DNA of 64,000 bases, from contig PLLH01000118.1 of the NCBI GenBank assembly GCA_003140895.1, positions 11,494 to 75,493 on the forward strand. The letters are read 5' to 3'. The DNA comes from Elusimicrobiota bacterium (GTDB lineage Bacteria; Elusimicrobiota; Elusimicrobia; F11). Position numbers and translations under genes: made by a program. The notes below the pieces were generated by a model. It ran no database searches. It saw only the letters and a program-made list of their open reading frames with translations, and had not been told where the DNA came from. This document shows positions 57,097-64,000 of this stretch, one piece after another; position 1 is the stretch's first letter; every line of letters starts with the position of its first letter.

Positions 57097-58581
57097 TTAG
57101 TGCAAGGCGACGACGCGAACCGTTCGGAGCGCTTCCGCTTCCTGGCCTGAAACCCGAATGGCCCGTTCCGTTAAGTCTTCCAGATATTCAACAATCTCCG
57201 CCGTGATACGTTCTCCGGGGATCAGGACCGGGATGCCCGGAGGATAGGGTGTCAACGACTGAGCCGAAATATGGCCGATGGCTTTCCGAAGAGAAACGCG
57301 TTTGGACCGGTAAAGAAGGAACACATCGCGCGGGTTCATGACGAGTTCGGTTGAGAGAGACGGGATCCGCAAGACCCAGTTTTGCGCTTCCCCCCTCTTT
57401 TTTCCGTCGATTTCACTTAGAGCGTTCACCAGAGCGTCGAGGTCCGCCTTGGTGGTACCGGTTCCGCAGATGGCGATCAGATTGAAAAGATCGGCGGCGT
57501 CCACCTGGATATTAAAATCTTTCGCCAGGACCTCGCTGATTTGCTGGCCTGAATAACCGGAGCGGGTCACGTTGATGGTGAGCTTGGTGACGTCTAAGTC
57601 GCATCCGCGTCCTTGGATTTCCGCGCGCGTGAAACAGCTGAAATTGGTGAGGTGGTTGATGGCCGCCCGCGCCCGCTCGGTGTGTTGAATGAGTTTGGTG
57701 AGGATCTTCTCCCCTTCCGCCACCATTTGCCGGCGGGCGAGATCAAGACTGGCCAACGTCAAATAATTGGGGCTTGTGGTCTGAAGCATGGAAACCACGC
57801 GTTTCACCTTGCTCATTTCAACGAGCTTGGAGTTGAAATGAAGCACCGATCCCTGCGAGATGGCCGAGAGCGTTTTATGCGTCGATTGAACGATGAGATC
57901 CGCGCCCGCTTCAATGGCGGACATCGGCAAATCTTTGTGAAAAATTAAATGCGCGCCGTGGGCTTCGTCGACGAGAAGGACTTTTCCGCGGGCGTGGCAA
58001 ATCTCGGCGATCTTTTTGATGTTGGTGGTGACGCCGTTGTACGTGGGGCTCGTGACAAGCACCGCTTTGGCTTCGGGGTATTGTTTGAGAGTGGCTTCCA
58101 CTTGTTCCGGCGTCGCGTCGAACAGGATGTCCAGGTTTTGATCGATGCCCGGTTGGATCCAGATGGGCCACACGCCGGCGAGAATGATGCCTCCCAAGGT
58201 CGATTTGTGCGCGTTTCGGGAAATGATAATGGAATCGCCGGGCCGGCAAACGGAAAGAATCATGGCCATATTTCCGGTGGAAGAACCGTTGACCAGGAAG
58301 AACGATTGCTCGACGCCGTAGGCGCGCGCCATGAGCTGTTGGGCTTTCCGAATGGGGCCTGTCGGATCGTGCAGGGAATCGACTTCGGGGAAAACCGTGA
58401 CGTCCAGCGCATACACGTTCCGGCCGGTGAAGCTGGCCAGCCGTTTGTCGATGCCGCGGCCGTTTTTGTGTCCCGGCGTGTGAAAGGAGATGACTTTCCG
58501 CTTGGCGTGAGAGATCAGCGTGTCGAGAAGAGGGGTTTTATCCTGGTTGAGAGCCCCGTTTTTTGGTTTAGCGTTCCTCAT
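57097..58581 (-). CDS. Orn/Lys/Arg decarboxylase family (arginine decarboxylase SpeA-like, PLP-dependent).
   Basis: 494 aa. STHKTLSAISQGS is the PLP-lysine motif of the OKR decarboxylase fold. Position in a polyamine operon. Confidence 0.8.
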   Translation of the reverse strand: MRNAKPKNGALNQDKTPLLDTLISHAKRKVISFHTPGHKNGRGIDKRLASFTGRNVYALDVTVFPEVDSLHDPTGPIRKAQQLMARAYGVEQSFFLVNGSSTGNMAMILSVCRPGDSIIISRNAHKSTLGGIILAGVWPIWIQPGIDQNLDILFDATPEQVEATLKQYPEAKAVLVTSPTYNGVTTNIKKIAEICHARGKVLLVDEAHGAHLIFHKDLPMSAIEAGADLIVQSTHKTLSAISQGSVLHFNSKLVEMSKVKRVVSMLQTTSPNYLTLASLDLARRQMVAEGEKILTKLIQHTERARAAINHLTNFSCFTRAEIQGRGCDLDVTKLTINVTRSGYSGQQISEVLAKDFNIQVDAADLFNLIAICGTGTTKADLDALVNALSEIDGKKRGEAQNWVLRIPSLSTELVMNPRDVFLLYRSKRVSLRKAIGHISAQSLTPYPPGIPVLIPGERITAEIVEYLEDLTERAIRVSGQEAEALRTVRVVALH

Positions 58582-58586
58582 GGGCT

Positions 58587-59519
58587 CTATTTGTAGAAGT
58601 AGATGAGTTTGTCTTTTGTGATGAGGCGCTTTTCCGCGGTCAGGCGCGTTCGCAAGTATTTGGGAATATGGAACAGGCCGACGTGAGCCACGCCGTCATA
58701 GAAACTGAGTTTCCCCCGCAGTCTCTTTTTGATGAGCGCGTCGGTTCGCTTTTGATTCATGCGAAGCGGATCGGTGGTATTGGACCCGATCAGGAAAGCC
58801 CACGGGACATCGAACGAGGGGACGTAGGCGTAAAAAGGCCGGACAATCTTAAACATGTGCCGGATGGTGGAATTAAGAACTTGATGGAGTTCAAATTGAA
58901 GAAGGTTCCCGGAGCCCGCTTGCATGACGAAAACGCCGTTCGGGTTGAACCGCTTCATGAGGTCCTTATAAAACTCGATGGTATAAAGGAGGTAAGCCGG
59001 TCCTCCCTCGATGGGGGATGGCAGGTCGGAGATGATCACGTCGAACGTTTCATCGGTTTCTTCCACGAATTTTTTCGCGTCGCCGACGATCAATTGAAGC
59101 CGCTTGTTTTTGAACGCCCCCTGATGCCAGGAGGTGAGATGTTTTTTGCAAAATTCGATGACGTCCCCGTCAATGTCCACCATCGTGATTTTTTGGACGG
59201 TTTTGTGTTTCAGGAGTTCGCGGACCGTGGCTCCCTCTCCGCCGCCCATGATGAGAATGTTCTTCGGATTCGGATGACAGAGAAGCGCCGGGTGAACGAG
59301 GCATTCATGGTAAATAAATTCGTCATGCTGGCTGGATTGCATTTCGCCGTCGAGAATGAGGCATTTGCCGAAGGAATATGATTCGGCGACGATGGCGTCT
59401 TGAAACGGCGTTCGCTTGCGGACCAGGGTGCGTTTGATGTGGTGAGAATGGGATTCGTGCGGCGTGAACCATTCTTTGAGCCATGTGGGTTTGTTTTTAA
59501 TTTTTTTATCGAGGTTCAT
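58587..59519 (-). CDS. speE: Spermidine synthase.
   Basis: ILIMGGGEGATVRELLKH ... MVDIDGDVIEFCKKHL ... DVIISDLPSP. Confidence 0.85.
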   Translation of the reverse strand: MNLDKKIKNKPTWLKEWFTPHESHSHHIKRTLVRKRTPFQDAIVAESYSFGKCLILDGEMQSSQHDEFIYHECLVHPALLCHPNPKNILIMGGGEGATVRELLKHKTVQKITMVDIDGDVIEFCKKHLTSWHQGAFKNKRLQLIVGDAKKFVEETDETFDVIISDLPSPIEGGPAYLLYTIEFYKDLMKRFNPNGVFVMQAGSGNLLQFELHQVLNSTIRHMFKIVRPFYAYVPSFDVPWAFLIGSNTTDPLRMNQKRTDALIKKRLRGKLSFYDGVAHVGLFHIPKYLRTRLTAEKRLITKDKLIYFYK

Positions 59520-59554
59520 AATAGTCGAGAGGGAATGCGAGGGTTGAATGGGAG

Positions 59555-59932
59555 TTAGCCTAGCTTCGCTGTTCTTTTGCCTGCCGGAAACAGGCCCCGT
59601 TTAAATTCCATCGCTGTCACGTTTTTAGATTTGAAATTTTTATGAATGTATTCATAGGCTCTCCAGGGGTTGACCTTGGAGCCGCAGGTGTAAATGTCGA
59701 CGGAAGCGAAATCATATTCGGGCCAGGTGTGGATGGACAGATGGGACTCGGAAATGACGATCATGCCGGAAATGCCGTTGGGGCTGAAATTGTGGAACAC
59801 CACGTCCACAATGTGTGCCTTCGCGTGCTTGGCGGCGCCCACCATGATCTCTTCAATACGGCGCACGTCCGAGATAACCCGGTGATCGCATTGATACATT
59901 TCGACGAGAAGATGACGGCCTAACGTTTTCAA
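59555..59932 (-). CDS. speH: S-adenosylmethionine decarboxylase proenzyme (class I, bacterial/archaeal type).
   Basis: 125 aa. ISESHLSIHTWPE contains the autoprocessing Ser (ES/HL cleavage site). Confidence 0.85.
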   Translation of the reverse strand: MKTLGRHLLVEMYQCDHRVISDVRRIEEIMVGAAKHAKAHIVDVVFHNFSPNGISGMIVISESHLSIHTWPEYDFASVDIYTCGSKVNPWRAYEYIHKNFKSKNVTAMEFKRGLFPAGKRTAKLG

Positions 59933-60052
59933 TTTGGTTGACGTTCCTTTTTTCGCGGCTTGGATGGGAGAAAGTATGACTTTTCTGACTGCGTGTCAAG
60001 AATAGGCGCGTTCGCGGGAGCCATTTTTATCGACGGTAAAAAAATAGTTGGA

Positions 60053-61942
60053 TTAATTGTCAAACCGGATTGTAATGCCGGCCCAGTAGGTTCGTTCCGG
60101 AAGCGGCAATAATGAGGTGAGGGGAACGCTTCCCCCCACAGGCGTGAACGTGTTGACGGCCTCGGCGTATCGTCGGCTTGTCACGTTTTCAATATCGGCG
60201 TGAAGATCCGCCTTTAATATTTTTATTTTGACGCGGAGGTTCCAAACGTAAAACGGCGGAACGCGGACGCCAAAGCGATTGTCGAACTGGTACTGCTCGG
60301 ATTTGTATTGTATTTCGTTCGTGAGAGTGAGTTTCCCCGGAAGATGCTGATTGAGTTGAGCGAAGACCAGATGCCGCGGCGTCATGGCCGTGGAAGAGAA
60401 GCTGCCTCCGCCCGCCAACGACCTATGGCTTTCTTGCGCTGTCCACGTGGCGTTCAGCTCGATGTTTCGAAACGTTGTTTTTTCTCCCAGCCGGACGTTG
60501 ATCTCGGTCTCGACACCCCTATTCTCTTCCCGGCCTGAGTTGGTCAAAAGAACTGAATTGGGCTGCGTATGGATCAAATCATTCACCTGGGAATAAAAGC
60601 CTGTCAGAGACGAATGGAACCAAGGTCCGGGCTTCCAGTTGAGGCCCACATCATACGACCACGCTTTCTCGGCCTCAGCGCCTCCGGCCACGCGCGCGTT
60701 TCCGCTTGAAACAAACAGTTCGTCGAAGGCCGGGGCGCGGAAAGAGCGCTCCGCGTTCGAGGAAATAAGAAACGAGCTGGAGGGGTGAAATTGAAGCGCG
60801 AGACGCGCGGTGGGCTGGCCTTTGATGTCGGAATGATCGTCGTATCGAAGTTGCGGCAGCACCATCCATTTGTCCGATGCCCACGTGTTGAGGAGGTAGG
60901 CGCCGCTTCGATGTATTTTTTCCGACACGTATGGATATTGCTTTTCCCTTTCAATCTCGCCTTGAGCTCCCATCTCAAATTCCCCCTTCCTCCATTTGAG
61001 TTGGGCGATGGAGCGATTCGTGTCTTGGGATAGAAACGAAACTCCGTCGTGGGTGAATCGCTCGTCGGATTTCCGGGTGAGCGACATGGCCATGGCGTAA
61101 AAATGTCCTCCCCTCCACTCGGGGCTGCCGAAAGATATTTTCTCGTGTTGGGTCTTCTCCGTCCGTTGTTGCGTGAGGGAGAGTGGCTCCCGCTCGAGCC
61201 GGCGGTTCCATTGATCGAAGGGGACGGCGGTTCCTTGCGGGAGTCCCACCTCGGCGGCGTGGTTATAATATTCCGTTCCCCAAAACCCTCCTTGGCCGAA
61301 CGATCGCGATAGAGTGGCGAAATGATTTTCCGCCTGATAATCGTCGTTGAAGGTGAAGCCGCTCTGATTGACTCGGTTGGGCAGATACGCGATGTCTCCG
61401 ACGAAGGATCTCACCTGAAAACGGCCTTCGACGTTTCGTTCCCCGTTCCGGCCGGCCCCCGTTCCGAGTTCCGTCACAAGACCGTCTTCTTTCGGACGGC
61501 TCGTGATGATGTGAATAACGCCCCCCACCGCTTCGCCACTGTACGAGAGAGACGATCCCCCGCGCGTGATTTCAATCCGTTCGACGATGTTCAAGGGTAT
61601 TTGGGCGAGGTCCACTTGGGCATTGGAATCAGGGTTAAGCGCAATCCCGTCCAGAAGAACCAGAACGCCTCTCGATGTCGCACCGCCCCGGATTTTGGCG
61701 CGCGTTCGCGAGCCGCGAGAGCCTTCGTGTTCAAGATTGATGGAGGAAACGCCTTCCAACGCGTCGGCCACGGAGAAAAGAGGACGGCCGCGAAAATCGT
61801 CGCGCGTGAGCACCGTCACATCAGCCGGCATCATGGGCCCGGCGTGCCCGGGACGTGCCCACAAAAGGAGAAATACGGACAGGATCAGGACAAGTCGGCG
61901 TGCGAGAAGAAACAACAGCGGTTTACGCGCAAGAGCAGTCAT
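60053..61942 (-). CDS. TonB-dependent outer membrane receptor.
   Basis: Signal peptide and plug domain (LEGVSSINLEHEGSRGSRTRAKIRGGATSRGVLVLLDGIALNP), followed by a ~450-aa beta-barrel region. 629 aa. Confidence 0.8.
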   Translation of the reverse strand: MTALARKPLLFLLARRLVLILSVFLLLWARPGHAGPMMPADVTVLTRDDFRGRPLFSVADALEGVSSINLEHEGSRGSRTRAKIRGGATSRGVLVLLDGIALNPDSNAQVDLAQIPLNIVERIEITRGGSSLSYSGEAVGGVIHIITSRPKEDGLVTELGTGAGRNGERNVEGRFQVRSFVGDIAYLPNRVNQSGFTFNDDYQAENHFATLSRSFGQGGFWGTEYYNHAAEVGLPQGTAVPFDQWNRRLEREPLSLTQQRTEKTQHEKISFGSPEWRGGHFYAMAMSLTRKSDERFTHDGVSFLSQDTNRSIAQLKWRKGEFEMGAQGEIEREKQYPYVSEKIHRSGAYLLNTWASDKWMVLPQLRYDDHSDIKGQPTARLALQFHPSSSFLISSNAERSFRAPAFDELFVSSGNARVAGGAEAEKAWSYDVGLNWKPGPWFHSSLTGFYSQVNDLIHTQPNSVLLTNSGREENRGVETEINVRLGEKTTFRNIELNATWTAQESHRSLAGGGSFSSTAMTPRHLVFAQLNQHLPGKLTLTNEIQYKSEQYQFDNRFGVRVPPFYVWNLRVKIKILKADLHADIENVTSRRYAEAVNTFTPVGGSVPLTSLLPLPERTYWAGITIRFDN

Positions 61943-61957
61943 ATCTCATGGGGTCGA

Positions 61958-62548
61958 TTATCGGGGTGAGACAGGCTTAACGGTGACGATGGACCGGCCC
62001 TCGTTGGACACGCGTTTTGTGTTGGGGTCCGGGATCCGTTTGTCGTTCACGATAAACATGTATTCGTATGTCCCCGGTTTTAATTTGAGTGAGACGCCCC
62101 ACAGGTTGTTTTTCTTTTTGGTGAGCGGCTCCCTCGTCCAATTGTTGAAGCTTCCGACGATGAAGACCTGTTTGGCGGCTGAGTTGTGATAGGAGAACAA
62201 AATATTTCTCAATGAAGAAGACGTGTTGTGAGAGGCTTTTTCTTTCGGAGCCGGTTTCGAATGGGTTTTGGCCGGAGCCGGTTCTTCGAGCGGCGCCGGC
62301 TCTTCGAGCCGCGCCGGTTCTGATGTTTGGGCGCCGGCCGGCATGCGATCTGTTTTCATCGGGGAGGCCGCGGACGAATCGGATGATGACGGAGTGACTG
62401 GCAAGGGAGCTGGAGCGGCTGGTTCAACTTGTTTGAGCGGAACATCCACAATGGATTTTTCTTGAAGGGCCATGAAGAGATAACTGGCGGATCCCACCGC
62501 CACAACGAGGGATATCAGCGTGACTCCTCCCCAAAATCGTTTGTTCAT
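61958..62548 (-). CDS. Membrane-anchored protein with a CBM48/AMPK-beta glycogen-binding-like domain.
   Basis: N-terminal TM helix and a Pro/Glu-rich linker containing LEEPAP x2 (an 18-bp DNA repeat). C-terminal VFIVGSFNNWTREPLTKKKNNLWGVSLKLKPGTYEYMFIVNDKRIPDP matches the CBM48/E-set glycogen-binding fold. Confidence 0.55.
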   Translation of the reverse strand: MNKRFWGGVTLISLVVAVGSASYLFMALQEKSIVDVPLKQVEPAAPAPLPVTPSSSDSSAASPMKTDRMPAGAQTSEPARLEEPAPLEEPAPAKTHSKPAPKEKASHNTSSSLRNILFSYHNSAAKQVFIVGSFNNWTREPLTKKKNNLWGVSLKLKPGTYEYMFIVNDKRIPDPNTKRVSNEGRSIVTVKPVSPR

Positions 62549-63348
62549 AGCGGCATAACGGGCGGTTTAGGATTTACGGCGCCCAGCGCTGGCGACCCCG
62601 GCGTTGCCGATCCCGGCGTCGCCGGTTTCGGGGCCATAATAATCGTCGCATCGGGGTTCGCGCGAGGTCCCGGTTCCTTCCCTTTCAATCGGGCCATTTC
62701 CTTCTCTAAAATAATGACATGCTCGGCCAGTTTGAGCAGCTTTTGAGCGAAATCACCCATGTCTCTCGGCATTTCCTTGAGTTCCCCCGCCTCCGCTTTT
62801 TTCGTTGCGTTGCTGGTGTTCTCAAAGCTGTCCTCCAGGTCGGACACTTTTTTGTTCAAATTTTTAATCTGAGTGATGACGATATCCAGCTGGCCCTGTA
62901 TGGCCGCTTCTCCGGGGGCGATGACCATGGTTTTGTCGGAACGGTCCTCTTTTTTGACGCTCGGAGAGATGGGTGGCGTTGGGAGCGGATGGTCTTCCAC
63001 CACCGGATTGATTTGTTGGGGTTCTTCTTTTATGGGGATGGCGATCGGGGCGGGCGCGGGCGTTTCATCAGCGGGAATTTCCCCACTTGGAATTGGTTCC
63101 TCCACGTCCCCATGCGGAACCGTGAAGGCATCCGCGCTTTTTCGCGGCGAGGCGATCCATTTGATGAGACCAAAGAAAAACGCCAGAAAACTCAGAATGA
63201 AAAGGATGGTTCCGATCAACAGGAGTGGATCGGAGAGGATTTGATCGATGTTGATCATTCCAATGAGCCGGTTTAAAAGCGTCACAGTGTGAACCTCTTT
63301 TGGATAATTTTTGGATGAATCAGCGGGTGATGGGAATCGAACCCACAT
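62545..63348 (-). CDS. Hypothetical membrane protein with a coiled-coil segment.
   Basis: 267 aa with a TM helix (LLLIGTILFILSFLAFFFGLIKW). 4-nt overlap with the downstream gene. Confidence 0.45.
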   Translation of the reverse strand: MWVRFPSPADSSKNYPKEVHTVTLLNRLIGMINIDQILSDPLLLIGTILFILSFLAFFFGLIKWIASPRKSADAFTVPHGDVEEPIPSGEIPADETPAPAPIAIPIKEEPQQINPVVEDHPLPTPPISPSVKKEDRSDKTMVIAPGEAAIQGQLDIVITQIKNLNKKVSDLEDSFENTSNATKKAEAGELKEMPRDMGDFAQKLLKLAEHVIILEKEMARLKGKEPGPRANPDATIIMAPKPATPGSATPGSPALGAVNPKPPVMPL

Positions 63349-63392
63349 CTAAAGCTTGGGAAGCTTTCATTCTACCACTGAACTACACCCGC
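63322..63392 (-). tRNA. tRNA-Gly (anticodon CCC).
   Basis: Minus-strand GCGGGTGTAGTTCAGTGGTAGAATGAAAGCTTCCCAAGCTTTAGATGTGGGTTCGATTCCCATCACCCGCT folds into a cloverleaf. Acceptor GCGGGTG/CACCCGC, D-arm GTTC..GAAT, anticodon stem AAAGC/GCTTT with loop TTCCCAA, T-arm GTGGG-TTCGATT-CCCAT, discriminator U. 71 nt, CCA not encoded. Confidence 0.8.
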
Positions 63393-63397
63393 GAAAA

Positions 63398-64000
63398 TTA
63401 AACGCTAACAGCAACTTTCCCCATATTCTTTATACTTTTAAAATTGCCTTTGGTAGTATTTTTGGTAGTATTTAATTTGGGACTGTACCCATACATACTT
63501 CCAATGACCGCTCCCGCCACTTGAAGGTCATTTTGCGTAGGATTGACATAGATTTGGGTCATTTTAATGTCGCTATGACCCAAATACTTGGATACCGTTC
63601 CGATATCAATGCCTTTTTGAAGCATCATCCTCGCTCCTGTCCTTCTTAAGTCTCGAAATTGAAACCAGGGAATTTTCGATTTTTTCCTGGCTTCATTAAA
63701 CAGCTTCGAAAAATTCGTGAAATCAAATATTACATCACCCTGAGCTGTTTCAATAAGTTTTCGCATTGTTTCATTTATGGGAACTTGATACAACTTTTTA
63801 ACCTTGGACTGTGTCCCCCCAAAGACGTTGGCAGCCTCGTAAATGTTTTTCTTTGTCAAGATTTTGAGGGTTTTCCAGCGCAAGGTTGTGTTTACGGCCG
63901 CTATGCAGATTCGCCGTACGGATTCAGGTGCGACATTCAAAAACTTTTGGAATTCTTCAGGGGCCACAATCCGTGTTCGTGAATAGGGGCGTTCGTCGGC
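63398..64000 (-). mobile_element. Tyrosine recombinase (phage-type integrase). Only the C-terminal catalytic domain is in the window; the reading frame stays open to the window end.
   Basis: FRDLRRTGARMMLQKGIDIGTVSKYLGHSDIKMTQIYV shows the box II / LGH...Y catalytic tyrosine pattern. The frame is open upstream of the GTG at 63967, so the N-terminus lies beyond 64000. The stop is 5 bp from the tRNA-Gly 5' end. Confidence 0.75.

Noticed and set aside
57949-59381. 215-aa and 237-aa plus-strand ORFs
   Set aside because: Antisense to the decarboxylase and speE genes, which have strong motif support.
61322-62189. 215-aa and 207-aa plus-strand ORFs
   Set aside because: Antisense or alternative-frame to the TonB-dependent receptor gene.
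1-64000. CRISPR arrays, rRNA genes, IS elements
   Set aside because: No regularly spaced direct repeats with unique spacers, no rRNA-like conserved stretches, and no transposase-like ORFs or terminal inverted repeats were seen. The only mobile-element signal is the edge integrase next to tRNA-Gly.

Overview
This 64-kb window is a chromosomal segment from a bacterium of roughly 50-55% GC, with Gram-negative-type envelope genes. Its dominant feature is a single uninterrupted 14,268-nt ORF (1420..15687, minus strand) encoding a 4755-aa mosaic membrane protein. That protein carries two Tiki/TraB/ChaN-like domains near the N- and C-termini, a membrane HExxH motif, a dikinase module with a phosphohistidine swivel domain followed by a PPDK_N-type nucleotide-binding domain (glucan-water-dikinase-like order), a GNAT acetyltransferase domain, about 20 transmembrane helices, and a 327-bp near-identical in-frame internal DNA repeat lying exactly 5364 bp apart. 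No such architecture is known to me, so it is the leading candidate for an undescribed system. Around it lie ordinary housekeeping genes: an AsrAB/Hyd-like Fe-S/FAD oxidoreductase pair, a PilZ protein, and a HAD-purA-carA-carB operon that is unusually translationally coupled to a TolC-like outer-membrane factor (OMF) and an RND pump with no periplasmic adaptor gene. On the plus strand there is a futalosine-pathway menaquinone cluster (UbiA-like mqnP, UbiX-like, UbiD-like, mqnA and two radical-SAM mqnC/mqnE genes) co-operonic with a 940-aa CBM-like plus amylase-like membrane protein. Further along are an ECF sigma / anti-sigma pair, ispH, a complete MoxR-DUF58-BatA-BatB/C-BatD-BatE operon, a DEAD-box helicase, mqnD, pepA, a DksA/TraR-family gene, a polyamine operon (speH-speE-arginine decarboxylase), a TonB-dependent receptor and a CBM48-like protein. 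The window ends in tRNA-Gly(CCC) followed by a truncated tyrosine integrase, a likely integrative-element boundary. Two genes of the car/efflux operon (carA and the OMF) each contain a 3 x 15-bp in-frame tandem repeat. All calls rest on reading the translated ORFs and the DNA by eye; no searches were run.
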